Positions 29,061-44,746 of a stretch of 64,000 nt of DNA are shown here, in pieces. The translations under genes were made by a program, and so were the position numbers. The notes below the pieces were generated by a model. The model saw only the letters and a list, made by a program, of their open reading frames with translations. It ran no database searches and was not told the origin of the DNA. How positions within the stretch are numbered: the stretch's first letter is position 1; each line of letters starts with the position of its first letter. Location of the stretch: NCBI GenBank assembly GCA_964016885.1, contig OZ024742.1, positions 28,644,001 through 28,708,000 on the forward strand. Reading direction: 5' to 3'. Origin of the DNA: Eledone cirrhosa (lineage: Eukaryota).

Positions 29061-29379
29061 GACATCTCACACAAACATATACACACACACGTATATATAC
29101 ACACATTTCACACAAATATTTATACACGCATATATACACACATACAGACATATATATATATATACACATATTTATACGTACATTTATACACAGTCATTTA
29201 CATATATACACAGCCACAAACATTTATATATACATATATATACAGACACATTTATGAAGTCACCCAAACACACATGCATACACAGATATTTATATACACA
29301 ACCACACACATACATTATCATACACACATTCATATATTTATACACACATTTATACGGGATGTATACATTTATTCGCATA

Positions 29380-29790
29380 CACATTTATACACACCGTCAC
29401 GCACTTTTATACACACCGTCACACACTTGTATATATATATACACACACATACGTGTATACAGACATTTATACACACCGTCACACATTTATACACACCGTC
29501 ACACATACGTGTATACATACACATTTATACACACCGTCACACACATACGTGTATACATACACATTCATACACACCGTCACACACATACGTGTATACATAC
29601 ACATTTATACACACCGTCACACACATACGTGTATACATACACATTCATACACACCGTCACACACATACGTGTATACATACACATTTATACACACCGTCAC
29701 ACACATTTATACATGTATACACACACATACGTGTATACAGACACATACACACCGTCACACATTTATACATGTATACACACACAAATGTCA
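29380..29790. repeat. 38-bp minisatellite
   Basis: TACACACCGTCACACACATACGTGTATACATACACATT(T/C)A repeated. Confidence 0.9.
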
Positions 29791-30221
29791 CACACATTTA
29801 TTCACAAACACATACATGTATACACACATTTATACACGTAATCACACATATATATATACAATGTATACACACATTACTATATACAATCTTGTCCTTATAC
29901 ATCTTAGTTCCTGTTATCTTCCTTTCGTTTATCTTCTGGTATATATATATATATGTATGTACTTGTATGTGTATGTATGAATTTGTGTGTATTTATGTAT
30001 GTATGTGTATGTATGCATGTATATATTTATGTATGTGTGTATGTATGTATTTATGTATGTGTGTATATATGTATTCATGTATGTGTGTATGTATGTATTT
30101 GTGTGTGTATTTATGTATGTATGTGTGTATGTATGCATGTATGTATATGTATGTATTTGTGTATGTATGTTGGTACGTACGTATGTCTGTATACAAGTAT
30201 ATAGGTATGTTTGCCTGTATA

Positions 30222-30300
<79 letters not shown>

Positions 30301-30381
30301 TTATATGCATGAGTGTATATATGGATGCATATGTGCGTGAATGTATGCATGTGTGCGTGAATGTATGTATACATATGTGTG

Positions 30382-30430
<49 letters not shown>

Positions 30431-30460
30431 TAGAAGCGGGACTAGTAGTAGTAGTAGTTA

Positions 30461-30510
<50 letters not shown>

Positions 30511-30517
30511 ATAGTTA

Positions 30518-30619
<102 letters not shown>

Positions 30620-30946
30620 ACAGAAGAATATAAATCTTTCCTTTAATTCCGTAATAAACAATCTTGCTACTTGTGAATTTCTTTCTCCAAACGAAACAGG
30701 TTACGTCAACGAAAAGTGAATTACAGAATTACTACAGCCAGCCTCCTTCATATTCTTTTCTAAATTCTTCCTCTTCTACTTCATCCTCTTCTATATCATC
30801 ATCTTCATCCATTTCTGCTTCATCTCCTCATTTACTCTTCCCTCTTATTTCCCTATTTTCTGATAATGTGATGACATTTTATATAGAAACACAGCTTCTT
30901 AAAGGACACGTACACACACATCTGAATATATATATATATATATATA

Positions 30947-31138
30947 ACAAAGGAATTGTGGTAAGGAACCAGATGGACCATAACGCACCAGAGTACTCAA
31001 TACTTAGGGTAGTTGAGTGGGAAATAGGAAAAAGTATGACCCCGACGGCAGAGCTCAAGCCGTTTCGACGGCTATTTCTGGACTCCAGAAATAGCCGTCG
31101 AAACGGCTTGAGCTCTACCGTCGGGGTCATACTTTTTC
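30947..31138 (-). mobile_element. Family A fold-back element, copy 2
   Basis: 55-bp arms 31028-31082/31084-31138 with one mismatch; tail with GTACTCAATA; (TA)n flanks. Confidence 0.85.
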
Positions 31139-31229
31139 ATATATATATATGTATATAGGCACACACACACGTAGAGAGAGCGAGATTATGTATATATATA
31201 TACACGCACATAGGGAGAGAGAGATTATA

Positions 31230-31283
<54 letters not shown>

Positions 31284-31483
31284 TAGGGGAGAAAAGAAAA
31301 ATGGAGAGAATAGCAAATACATAGAAAAAATAGATTACATACACACACACATACACACATACACACACATATATATATATATATATATATGCATGTGTAT
31401 GTGTTTGTGTGTGTGTCTGAATGTATGTATACATATTTACAGAGTGAATGCTAACCACAAAAAATAGATTATGCGTGTGTGTG

Positions 31484-31557
<74 letters not shown>

Positions 31558-31825
31558 ACACCTAAGTATACCGTGCGTGTGTATATGTTTTTAGTTGTGT
31601 CTGAATGTATTTATATATATTATACCCGTGTGTGAGTGCGTGCGTGTGAATATATATATATATATACACACACACACACCTAAATATATGAGCGTGTGTA
31701 TGTTTGCTGTCATATGTATATATACAAGCGACTAGGATTTTAGTCTCAACCGAATACAACACGGCACGTGCACTGAATATATTTGGAGAGGTCATATTGA
31801 GAAAGAAATCTCGAATAATAATAAG

Positions 31826-32545
31826 AATGGTTTCTAATTTTGGCACTAGGCCAGCAATTTGAGATGGGGTGGGGGAAATCGATTATATTGATCATATTAC
31901 TTGACTGGTACTATATTTAATCGACCCTGGAAACACTTGCTTGAGGCGGTTGGTGGGAGGAGGGCTTTCTTCTCTGAAGACCCACTGCTGTCCAGCTCTT
32001 CTGAGAGTTTCTTACCACCATCCACCCAAGGGGGAATACAATACATTTGACCTGGGAAGGATTTGATCTGAGAACCTTAACAACTGCTCAAACGCTAATG
32101 ATACAATAATAATTGTTTCTGATCTTGGCACATGGCCAGCAATTTGGTGTTGGGGTGGAGGAGAATTGACTATATCGATCTCATTATTTGATTGGTATTA
32201 TATTTTATCGACCCCTGAACGATGAAAGGCAAAGTTGACCTGGAAAGGATTTGAACTTGGAACGACTTGGAACGTTAAAAACCGCAAAAAAATTTGGTTT
32301 GGGACGAATAATTCACCACCAACAATAATTATGATTTCTAATTTTGGCACAAGGCCAGCAATTTGTGGAAAGGTGAAAAGTCAATTAAAGCGACTCCATT
32401 ACTTGACTGGTTCTAGAGTTTTTCCACCTCTGAAGGATGAAAGGCAAAATTGACGTGGGTGAGGTTTGAACTCAGAACGTAAAGAGCTGAAATGCATATC
32501 GCAATATTTTTTAGTCCGGCGCTCTAACGATTCTGTCAACTAACG
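31826..32545 (-). mobile_element. Three decayed S1-related SINE pieces
   Basis: TTTCTAATTTTGGCACAAGGCCAGCAATTT-like blocks at ~31830, ~32116 and ~32335, with TGAAAGGCAAA. Confidence 0.7.
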
Positions 32546-32564
32546 TGTTTATTGGATAGGTTTG

Positions 32565-32880
32565 GAGCAGTCCACATGACCAAATGGTAAATAATCTCCC
32601 TTTGCAATCATTAAGTCCCTAATTCGATCCCTCGGCTTGGCATCTTAGGCATGTGTCTTTTAGAATCTTGTGAATGAAATTTCGTTGATAGAATCTTTGT
32701 GGAAGTTGGTCGGATGGGTACCAGTTTCATCATACACTGGGCTATGTCATGCTAATGTGAGGGTTTTGATAAGGATACACACGTGTCTGTGGGCGGCACA
32801 GACATTTACACGTTAATTTCATGAGTAGGCTGTTCCGTTGATAGAACAACCGGAACTCATCGTTGAAACCGACGGAAGAC
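32565..32880 (+). mobile_element. Decayed S2-related SINE
   Basis: CACGTTAATTTCATGAGTAGGCTGTTCCGTTGAT...AACCGACGGA 3' end. Confidence 0.6.
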
Positions 32881-32964
32881 CATCGTATGGGTATGTGGGA
32901 TATGTTTAGACAATTATTGTAGTCATTGTTAAAACTCGCTTCAAATCATAACTGCTTCTCCATT

Positions 32965-33422
32965 CTTATGTGTGTAACACAGAACTGTTACACATTTCTC
33001 TGCGTGTGACATCGTAAAACTGCTACACAAAATACTCTGTAACAAAAGAATTACACTTGACACTGTGTGGCAACAAAACTGTTACATATACTCTGTGTGT
33101 AACACAAAAGAGTTACACTTTATCCTTTGTTTGTAACACGAGAACTGTTACTCGTAGTCCTCTGTGTCACAACACAAGGGTTACACATGATCCTCTGTGT
33201 GTGACATAAAAACCGTTACATGTGACAATATGAGTGTAACAACAAAGATTGTTACATAAGATATTGTGTGTGACAAAATTGTTACTACTGATCCTCTGTG
33301 TGTGACAAGACATTCGAGTTACACTTGATACTGTATGTGACATAGTGAAACCGTAACACTTGATATCTTGTGTTACAAGAACAGAAAGCTGTAACAATAC
33401 AAATATGTCTTGCTGTGTGTAA
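32965..33422. repeat. Degenerate ~33-bp minisatellite with an internal inverted repeat per unit
   Basis: TGTGT(A/G)ACA...GTTACACA recurs about 13 times. Confidence 0.7.
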
Positions 33423-33433
33423 CCATTTAAAGT

Positions 33434-33497
<64 letters not shown>

Positions 33498-33706
33498 GTG
33501 TATGTGTGTGTGTATATATATATATCAACACACTTTTGTGTAATACAATGACGAGGTGTGAAGGCGGGGGGGGGGGGTAGAGGATGTGGGTAAATTGAAA
33601 ATCATTGTTTTGATGAAGGAAACGAAATATCGGAGAGAGAGGTAACTAGGAAGGGTGAGAGAGAGGTACAGAGAATGAGAGGAGGTAGTTAGGGAGAGAG
33701 AGAGAG

Positions 33707-33748
<42 letters not shown>

Positions 33749-33877
33749 AATAGAATGGGAAAGAGGCTTATGTCACAAGCACAAACACACATACCGGCGT
33801 ATACACACGCACACAGTAGTTCACATGTTCCAGCACACAAATTGTGGCCATGCTGGGGCTCCTATGTGTGTGTGAGT

Positions 33878-34063
33878 GAGTCCCGGGTTCAGTTGGGGGT
33901 AACTGCAGAAAGTAAGGTACTCAATACATTTGTAGAGTGAAAATATCATGTTTAATGTAGTAATGGCTTCTACAGGACTAGAACTGTTTCATTCATTTCT
34001 GGTGATTTCTTTTGAATGAAACAGTTCCAGCCCTGGAGAAGCCATTTCTATATTAAACATGAT
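33878..34063 (-). mobile_element. Family B fold-back element, older copy
   Basis: Imperfect arms 33945-33995/34013-34063; mutated core CTGGTGA...GAAACAG...CTGGA; tail with GTACTCAATA. Confidence 0.8.
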
Positions 34064-34082
34064 TTTATATATATATATATAT

Positions 34083-34159
34083 ACACAGGTTGTCCCTGAA
34101 AAATGTATACACACTTTAACAACATTCTAATAAATGTGTGTATACATTTTTGGGACACC

Positions 34160-34166
<7 letters not shown>
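34083..34166. mobile_element. Tc1/mariner-type mini-MITE
   Basis: CAGGTTGTCCCTGAAAAATGTATACACAC / TGTGTATACATTTTTGGGACACCCTG TIRs in (TA)n; second copy at 34603-34684. Confidence 0.75.
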
Positions 34167-34190
<24 letters not shown>

Positions 34191-34602
34191 AACCTGTGTG
34201 TGTAATAATTCTTTCTAAAACGACTTGTAATATCGAAGAGGGAAAAAGTCTAGTAAATTCTCCATTGTAGAGAGGGAGGGGGGGAGAAAGAGAGAGAGAG
34301 AGAGAGAAAGAGATAGAGAGAAAGAGAAAGAGAGAAAGAAAGAAAGAGAGAAAGAGAGAGAGAAAGAGAGAAATAGAGAAAGAGAGAAAGAGAGAAAGAG
34401 AGGAGGGGGAGTAAAATTGAAAAAGAGAGTGGGAAAGAAAAGGTGTGAATAGGAGAGAGAGACTGTGTGGGTGCGTGTGTTGGAGGGAGAGAGAGTGAGA
34501 GAGAGAGAGAAAATGCGTGTGTATATATATATATATATGTCTGTGTGCGCATGTTTGTATGTACACGTTTACGTGTACATGTCTGTGTGTGTGTATATAT
34601 AT

Positions 34603-34684
34603 ATACTGTCCCCCAAAAATGTGTACACACTTCACTAGCATTATAATCTAAGTATGTATACATTTTGGGGGGGACACTCTGTAT
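34603..34684. mobile_element. Tc1/mariner-type mini-MITE, second copy
   Basis: TGTCCCCCAAAAATGTGTACAC / GTATACATTTTGGGGGGGACA. Confidence 0.7.
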
Positions 34685-34758
34685 ATACATATATAGAGAG
34701 TTAGAAAAATATATACATACGTACATACTGTATATATATTATATATATATATAGGTAA

Positions 34759-34946
34759 GTTATTCCGGGTTGAATCGGAGGTAACCACAGTAAGTAAGGT
34801 ACTCAATACATAGCAAAGTATAACAGTTTTAATATAGATGAGATTCTACAGGACTAGAACTGTTTCATTCTTTAGAAATCATCAGATTCCTGATGACTTC
34901 TAAAGAATGAAACAGTTCTAGTCCTGTAGAATCTCATCTATATTAA

Positions 34947-34949
<3 letters not shown>
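34759..34949 (-). mobile_element. Family B fold-back element
   Basis: 60-bp arms 34826-34885/34890-34949 with one mismatch; tail 34759-34825; (TA)n flanks. Confidence 0.85.
34884..34934 (+). ncRNA. Type I hammerhead ribozyme (family B)
   Basis: AGATTC-CTGATGA-CTTC-TAAA-GAAT-GAA-ACAG-TTCTAGTC-CTGT-A-GAATCT; predicted GUA cleavage after 34928. Confidence 0.75.
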
Positions 34950-34999
<50 letters not shown>

Positions 35000-35068
35000 A
35001 AATTAAGTGTGAGAGAGTAAGAATGAATGTATGTATGTATATATATATATAAATGTATATATATATAC

Positions 35069-35102
<34 letters not shown>

Positions 35103-35368
35103 ATATATAGGGAGATAGAAAAAAAAGAGAAGCTAGAGAGGAAGAGAAAGAGGAAAAGAAGAGTGTATAAATAGAGTGAATGTAAATTTGTTGGATGGAA
35201 TTGGCATTTTGTAGTGTTATGGCAGAGGAATTGCAGTCGACATCGTCGATTGTTAAAGGGAGAGTCTGGAGAAGGGCGGCAGAGGGCGGGGCTGAGAGCT
35301 TGAATACAGCCTGGTATAAACACACATTTATATATAATCATATATATATTTTTATATATATTTATAAA

Positions 35369-35565
35369 ATCACAGGGGAATTGTGGTAAGGAACCAGATG
35401 GACCATAACGCACCAGAGTACTCAATACTTAGGGTAGTAGAGTGGGAAATAGGAAAAAGTATGACCCCGACGGCAGAGTTCAAGCCGTTTCGACGGCTAT
35501 TTCTAGTCCAGAAATAGCCGTCGAAACGGCTTGAACTCTGCCGTCGGGGTCATACTTTTTCCTAT
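35369..35565 (-). mobile_element. Family A fold-back element, copy 3
   Basis: Perfect 56-bp arms 35449-35504/35510-35565; GAA-ACGGC-loop-GCCGT-C is hammerhead stem III with a GUC site. Confidence 0.85.
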
Positions 35566-35602
35566 ATATAAAATCATATATATATATATAAATAATCATA
35601 TA

Positions 35603-35814
<212 letters not shown>

Positions 35815-35817
35815 TGC

Positions 35818-35849
<32 letters not shown>

Positions 35850-35874
35850 GCATATATATATATATATATATATA

Positions 35875-36212
<338 letters not shown>

Positions 36213-36819
36213 CCTTTACTCCTTTTCCTGTACCTGTGGTGTGGTCGCGGCCATGCTACTGAACCATATAGTCGCTACACTTTATAGCTAGCCTTCGTTA
36301 GTTGTCCATATATGTATATATACACACACATATATACCTATACACATACACAGAATATGTTCTCCTGTGTGACCATCCGTATATATCGATATCGATTGTG
36401 TGATTGATTGGGAATTACCAATTTTGAATTTATACGGCATGAGCTCAGCCGTCGTGTAGAATTCCATTACAATAGATATACACATAGATACATAAACTTG
36501 TACATAAATATATACAGCCAGACATATATATACATACACACACACACACACATATACATTCATATATATATAGATACATGTGTGTGTGCGTATATATATA
36601 TATATATGTATACACACACGCACACACATACATACATACATACATACATACATACATACATACATACATACATACATACATACATACATACATACATACA
36701 TACATACATACATGTATATATATATATACTTAAAGAATATTTTTTCCAAAGAGATATGGGAGAGAACGATTATTAAATAATATAACAATATATTAGTAGA
36801 AATGACATATTTATATCAT

Positions 36820-36940
36820 TTAGAAATGACTTCTACGGGACTAGAACTGTTTCACTCTGCAGGAATCACCAGGGAACGCGTTTTCTCTCACTTCAGCCAA
36901 CCTCTTGAAATGATTCTATTACTGTAGAAGTCATTTCCTG
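36820..36940. mobile_element. Decayed family B element
   Basis: GAAATGACTTCTACGGGACTAGAACTGTTTCAC...ATCACCAGG and inverted GTAGAAGTCATTTC. Confidence 0.7.
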
Positions 36941-37022
36941 ATGTGACAAATATATACCCTGTCTTCCAATTTCTTAATACGAAATTATATAGGTATACAT
37001 ACACACACATATACACACATAT

Positions 37023-37053
<31 letters not shown>

Positions 37054-37418
37054 CAGTTGGTGGGTAGGTCGGTATCCGCAAAATCCCGAGTAGCAACTAA
37101 ACTGAAACCGTAAGTTAATTTTTTAAAAAGTGAATTCACCTCGAATTTGGTATTGAACACTTTTCCAAATTTACGCCAACCTACATGTGTGTCTGTATAT
37201 ATATATATATATATATGCACACACACATACATGTCTATATAACCATACGCACATACACACCTATCTATATACACAAGTATATATATATATATATATATTC
37301 ACACATGTATATATATACATATATATACACAAAAGTATAGATATATATATACACACAAAAGTATATATATATACACACACACACAAAGGTATGTATATAT
37401 ATATACACACACACAAAA

Positions 37419-37460
<42 letters not shown>

Positions 37461-37466
37461 ACAAAC

Positions 37467-37503
<37 letters not shown>

Positions 37504-37654
37504 AAAGTATATATATATATATATATATATATACAAGTATATATATATATATATGCGTGTGTGCACATACATATTGTCATACTTTTTATTTAATTACAGA
37601 TATCAATATACAATCATAAAAATTCCGATAAATGTCCGCATGTATTTGTGTATG

Positions 37655-38205
37655 AATATCAGTGTGTATGTATGTATATCAGTATGTGTGTATGTATATC
37701 AGTGTCTATGTATATCAGTATGTGTCTATGTATATCAGTGTCTATGTATATAAGAATGTGTCTATGTATATCAGAATGTGTCTATGTATATAAGTATGTG
37801 TGTATGTAAGAATGTGTCTATGTATATAAGTATGTGTGTATGTATATCAGAATGTCTATGTATGTAAGAATGTGTCTATGTATATAAGTATGTGTCTATG
37901 TATATAAGAATGTGTCTATGTATATCAGTATGTGTCTATGTATATCAGTATGTGTCTATGTATATCAGAATGTGTCTATGTATATAAGTATGTGTGTATG
38001 TATATAAGTATGTATATAAGAATGTGTCTATGTATATAAGTATGTGTGTATGTATATAAGTATGTGTCTATGTATATAAGTATGTGTCTATGTATATCAG
38101 AATGTGTGTATGTATATAAGTATGTATATAAGAATGTGTCTATGTATATAAGTATGTGTCTATGTATATAAGTATGTGTCTATGTATATAAGTATGTGTC
38201 TATGT
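37655..38205. repeat. ~20-bp minisatellite
   Basis: ATGTGTCTATGTATAT(A/C)AG(T/A) repeated. Confidence 0.9.
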
Positions 38206-38829
38206 ACTTCTGCATATGTGTGCATTTGTCTTCATATGTTTCTTCATCTATGTATCTCTATGTGTCTGTATGCATGTATGTGTACGTTTGTGTAAATGTG
38301 TGTCTGTGAGTGTGTGACTGCATATGAGTACTTTGGTTTTTATATGTTTCTACATGTGTGTGTTTGTGTGTGGTTCTGTGTGTGTGTGTACATGTATATA
38401 TGTGTGCATATACATGTGTCTGTGTTTCTGTTTGTATATACAGTAAGTGCATTTGTTTTTATATGTCTACGTGTGTGTGTTTGTGTGTGTGTGTGTGTAT
38501 GTGTGTGTGTGTTTACAAGGATGAAACAATATTACACTTTTTAGGTATTGAGGTATTGAGTACACTGCTCGACAGAAATTGTGGAGATTTTTTCGTCCAA
38601 TCAATGTAAACTTAAAACAAAAAGATGTAAAGATGTATACACGCTGCAATCAAAAATATGCAAACATATATACTTATGTATACACGCATACCTAGGTGTA
38701 TATATATACATATATACGTCTATGTGTACATGTAAAAATATAGAGAGGGAGAAATACACATATAAGAATATATATATATACAGAGAGATAGAGCGACACA
38801 TACATATATATATATATATATAGACACAT

Positions 38830-38894
<65 letters not shown>

Positions 38895-38924
38895 TACACA
38901 CACACACATATATATATAGACACA

Positions 38925-38977
<53 letters not shown>

Positions 38978-39199
38978 CAGAAAAGTAAACTGAAAACTAT
39001 ACACCAAAACAACTATACATACAATTAAGATATGTATTAGTTTAACACTTGATGTAGCAGAGAAAGATCCTTAACGTTTCTGACGCTTGTCCTTCTTATA
39101 AGTACACACACATTTTATATATATATATACACACATACACATATGTGTGTGTGTGTGAAGGAAACCCTAAATGTGAAAGCTTGATTTGGTCTTTATAAA

Positions 39200-39239
<40 letters not shown>

Positions 39240-39290
39240 TGCGTGTAGAACGAAACCCTAAATGTGAAACCTTGATTTAGTCTTTATAAA

Positions 39291-39384
<94 letters not shown>

Positions 39385-39569
39385 CATGTAAGTATATTAA
39401 CGCACATGTAATAAAAAAAAGGCTGAGAACTGTGGGAGACGGAATAGCGAAATACAGTTGTGTGACAACATTGAATGGAGAATGGTATGATATATTGGTG
39501 GTGAGACGTATTGTATGAGAGGTGTAGAATATTGATAGACTGATAGATATATATGAACCCATATATATA

Positions 39570-39629
<60 letters not shown>

Positions 39630-39730
39630 ATGTGTGTATATGTATTTATATATATATATAGAGAGAGAGAGAGGCATGGGAGATATATGAATATATAGAG
39701 GAGATATATATATATGAACCCATATATATA

Positions 39731-39768
<38 letters not shown>

Positions 39769-39853
39769 GTGTGTGTGTGTGTATGTATTTATATATATAT
39801 ATAGAGAGGGAGAGAGAGACATAGAGATATATATATATGAACCCATATATATA

Positions 39854-39931
<78 letters not shown>

Positions 39932-40166
39932 ATATATATATATATAGAGAGAGAGGCATGGAGATATATAAGGAGATATATGAATATATAGGGAGATATA
40001 TATATATGAACCCATATATATATGTGTGTGTGTGTGTGTATATATATATATGTATTTATATATATATGTGTGTTTGTGTGTGTATCTATCTATATATGTG
40101 TGTGTGTGTGTATCTGTGTATATATATATAGGTGTGTATTTATATGTATATATGTGTGTGTGTATT

Positions 40167-40199
<33 letters not shown>

Positions 40200-40362
40200 A
40201 TCTATATATATATGCATGTGTGTGTATATATATATATGTGTGTGTATTTATATATATGTGTATGTGTGTGTGTGTATGTATATATGTGTGTGTATGTATG
40301 TATGTATAGATAGATAGATAGATAGAGAGAGATCGAGAGATCACATATACAGAGGGGTGGAT

Positions 40363-40458
<96 letters not shown>

Positions 40459-40581
40459 AATGTATGGATGTGGGTGTATATAAATCACATATAGGAATAA
40501 TATATATGTATATATCGATAGGTATATACATATTGATTGATTATATATACATACACACATATATGTGTGTGTATGTATATA

Positions 40582-40621
<40 letters not shown>

Positions 40622-40643
40622 TATACATATATATGTACATATA

Positions 40644-40676
<33 letters not shown>

Positions 40677-40752
40677 GTACATATACATATATATGTACAT
40701 ATACATATATATGTACATATACATATATATGTACATATACATATATATGTAC

Positions 40753-40783
<31 letters not shown>

Positions 40784-41064
40784 TATGTACATATATATAT
40801 ATATATGTACATATACATATATATGTACATATATATATATATGTACATATACATATATATGTACATATATATATATATGTACATATATATATGTACATAT
40901 ATATATATATATGTACATATACATATATATGTACATATATATATATATGTACATATATATATATATATGTACATATATATATATATGTTAATATATATAT
41001 ATATATATGTACATATATATATATATGTACATATATATATATATGTACATATATATATATATGT

Positions 41065-41160
<96 letters not shown>

Positions 41161-41359
41161 ATAGGTAGATAGATCTATTATATATATATAGAGAGATTAG
41201 AAAGAGAGATAGCGAGAGAGAGATTAGACAGATATAACAGATAGATCGATAAAATAGATAAGTAGGTAGATAGACATATAAGTAGATATTTTGTGAGGGT
41301 AACAGTTATTTAGACAGGCTGATGTTTAGAGGGATAGCAGTGTGTGTGTGTGTTATGTA

Positions 41360-41419
<60 letters not shown>

Positions 41420-41695
41420 TGTGTGTGTGTGAGAGAGAGAGAATTAATGAACAATGCGGCATGTGTTTATGTATATGAGTATATACACCTATATTATATA
41501 TACTTATATATACATACATATATTTATATATACATACATATATATACCCCTACATATATGTGTATATATATTTATACATATACATGCATATACACACACA
41601 GACGTATATTTTTGAATATGAACGTATACATAGATGCCTATATTTCTTTATGGTTACACATACATACATATATATATATATATGTACATATACAT

Positions 41696-41732
<37 letters not shown>

Positions 41733-41794
41733 GATACATACATACCCTCATTCCTAGGTACATACACATTCACATCGTTTAAATATTGAAAGTA

Positions 41795-42480
41795 ACACAA
41801 CCACACACAGACACAACCACACACAGACACAACCACACAGAGACACAACTACACAGAGACACATACATGCACACACAGGCACAACCACACAGAGACACAC
41901 AGGCATATACATAAACACACAGGCAGAACCACACAGAGACATATACATACACACACGGCACAGCCACACAGAGACACAACTACACAGGGACACATACAGA
42001 CACACACATACACACACACACACACGGCACAACCACACAGAGACACATACAGACAGACACATACATACAGAAACAACCACACAGAGACCCATACATACAC
42101 ACACGGCGCAACCACACACAGGCACATACATACACACACGGCACAGCCACACAGAGACACATACATACACACACGGCACAGCCACACACAGGCACATACA
42201 TACACACACGGCACAGCCACACAGAGACACATACATACACACACGGCACAACCACACACAGGCATATACATACACACACGGCACAGCCACACAGACACAT
42301 ACATACACACACAAGCACAGCCACACAGAGACACATACAGACACACACAGGCACATACATACACACACACGGGCACAATCACACAGAGACACATACATAT
42401 ACACACACACAGGCACAACCACATACACACACATACACACACAGACAACAGGCATACACAGGCACAAGACATACACACAC
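41795..42480. repeat. CA-rich ~32-bp minisatellite
   Basis: CACACGGCACAGCCACACAGAGACACATACATACA variants. Confidence 0.85.
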
Positions 42481-42858
42481 AACATGAACATCAATAACAG
42501 GAACAACAGCAGCAACAATGGTACTACTAATAATAATACAAATCATAATACTATTAATATCAATATTATTCTTGTTGTTGCTGCTGTTATTGTCATAATA
42601 GTCGTCTAAAAGCATCGGAATGCTGAACATAAGCCGAAGAATAAGAACTGCCATATTATCCCACTATATTGAAAATCACAATCATCATCATCACAATTGT
42701 AACGACAGCTTTCTTAATAACAACAATAACAACAACAATAACAACAACCATAACAATAATATTAATAACAATAATAATGATATTAGCTCGATGTTATCGG
42801 TAATTCACTGCAATAGTAATATATGGTATGTGTTATATGAGAACGGTGTGTGACTTAC

Positions 42859-42955
42859 CTGTTACTAGATGCAGGAGGGGCATATATGCGAAGAGAAGTG
42901 AGATTCTTGCCCAAGCTTTTGATAGTACTCCTTTCATAATACACGCCGTTTGCAT
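42859..42955 (-). CDS. Candidate first coding exon, signal-peptide-like (MQTACIMKGVLSKAWARISLLFAYMPLLHLVT + G, phase 1)
   Basis: Unique sequence; AAA-ATG start context; 97 nt open; basic then hydrophobic residues; consensus donor CAG/GTAAGT (ACTTAC at 42853-42858). Confidence 0.55.
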
Positions 42956-43811
42956 TTTACACGAGAAAACCTCCACTCCGTTAAACTGTTACAGTTGGGT
43001 GATATCATATCAAGATGTGACTCCCCTCAACTGCCGTCTCGTCTGGCACGTCTGCTTACAGTAGCCAGTCTTATCAACATATGAACAGAATGGATGAATC
43101 AACGAACTAACGAACCAACGAACCAACAAACCGACCAACCGACCAACCGACGTACAAAAACGAACGAACCTACCTAGGAATAAACGAACGTACGAATGTT
43201 CGAATGTACGAATGTTGTGAAGATCGTAAAAAAATTTGTGTGTGTACGTGTGCCGACGTATGTGCACGTGTGTATAAGTGTGCTGCTAAGCGCGAACTAA
43301 CCAAGTCTCGCTCTCTCTCTCTCTCGTACACTCACTTGTGTGAATGGAAGGAAGTGAAAGTCGGAGTTGGAGTAAGAGGCAAAGAGAGAGAAAGAGTAAG
43401 AGAGACTGAGAGAGGCGGATATAGAGGAGTAAACGAAATGTAGTGTGATGTGAGTGATATATATTAGATTGGGAGAGAGTGTGAGTGAGTGAGAGGAGGG
43501 GTGTGTGAGTGAGTGAGCGGAGGGGTGTGTGAGTGAGTGAGCGGAGGGGTGTGTGAGTAAGAGGAGGGGTGTGTGAGTGTGAGGAGGGGGTTGTGAGTGA
43601 GAGGAGGGGTATGTGAGTGAGAGGAGGGTGTGTGGGTGAGATGAGGGTGTGTGGGTGAGAGGAGGGCGTGTGAGTGAGAAATAGATGAGAATCGGAGTGA
43701 GTGTATGAGTGAGTGATGAGAGTGAGTGATGAGAGTGAGTGACGGGGAAGTAATGTGGTTGAGTGAAAGAGCGAGGGGTGATGTGAGTTATCTGATTGAG
43801 TGACATATATA

Positions 43812-44090
43812 TGAGTGAGAGGGGGTGATATGAAAGAAATGAGAACCAGGGTGTGAGTGAGAGGGGTGTGAGTGAGAGGGGTGTGAGTGAGAGGGGTGAT
43901 ATGAAAGAAATGAGAACCAGAGTGTGAGTGAGAGGGGTGATATGAAAGAAATGAGAACCAGAGTGTGAGTGAGAGGGGTGATATGAAAGAAATGAGAACC
44001 GGAGTGTGAGTGAGAGGGGTGATATGAGAGAAATGAGAACCGGAGTGTGAGTGCGGGATTTGAAAGAAATGAGAACCGGAATGTGAGTGA
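43812..44090. repeat. 41-bp minisatellite
   Basis: GAGTGTGAGTGAGAGGGGTGATATGAAAGAAATGAGAACC(A/G) about 6 times. Confidence 0.9.
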
Positions 44091-44680
44091 AAGATGGGAG
44101 AGGGTGATGTGAGTGGGAGAAAGATTTGGAGTGTGACAACAATTAGAAGAGAATGAGGTGACACCCCCCACCACACCAGTAGAGTATGAGATAGTTGTGA
44201 GTGAGAGTGAGTGAGTGAGTGAGAGTGAGTGAGAGTGACTCAGTGAGTGGGTGAGAGTGAGTGAGTGAGAGAGAGTGAGTGAGAGTGAGAGTGAAAGTGA
44301 GTGAGAGTGATTGAGTGTGAGTGAGTGTGAGTGAGTGAGTGTGAGTGTGAGTGAGTGTGAGTGTGATGAGTGAGTGTGAGTGTGAGTGAGTGTGAGTGAG
44401 TGTGAGTGTGAGTGAGTGTGAGTGAGTATGAGTGAATGTGAGTGTGAGTGTGTGAGTGTGTGTGAGTGTGTGTTGGTTAACATGAGATTGAGTGAATGTA
44501 AAGAGAATTGAGTGAGAGAGAAAGAGACTGCTTTTTGAGTGAGTGAGTGAGATTCTTTATATTAAGTAGATTAGTTCAGTGGAGGATTAAGTCAAGATGG
44601 TGAAGGTGGGGTAAGTTTCATATATATATATATATATATAATATATTAATAAAGGGATACTATATTTATAAAACCATATT

Positions 44681-44746
44681 TATTTTATTATACATATTTC
44701 AAGGGCAACCAAATAAAATTATGGTGCGCTTTCATCAGATAAAATA
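44681..44746 (-). ncRNA. Type I hammerhead ribozyme (family C, mirror copy)
   Basis: Exact reverse complement of 44896-44961. Confidence 0.65.

Noticed and set aside
36430-36456. ACGGCATGAGCTCAGCCGTCG, similar to family A stem III
   Set aside because: Too short, and GAAA and the tail are missing, so it is not counted as a copy.
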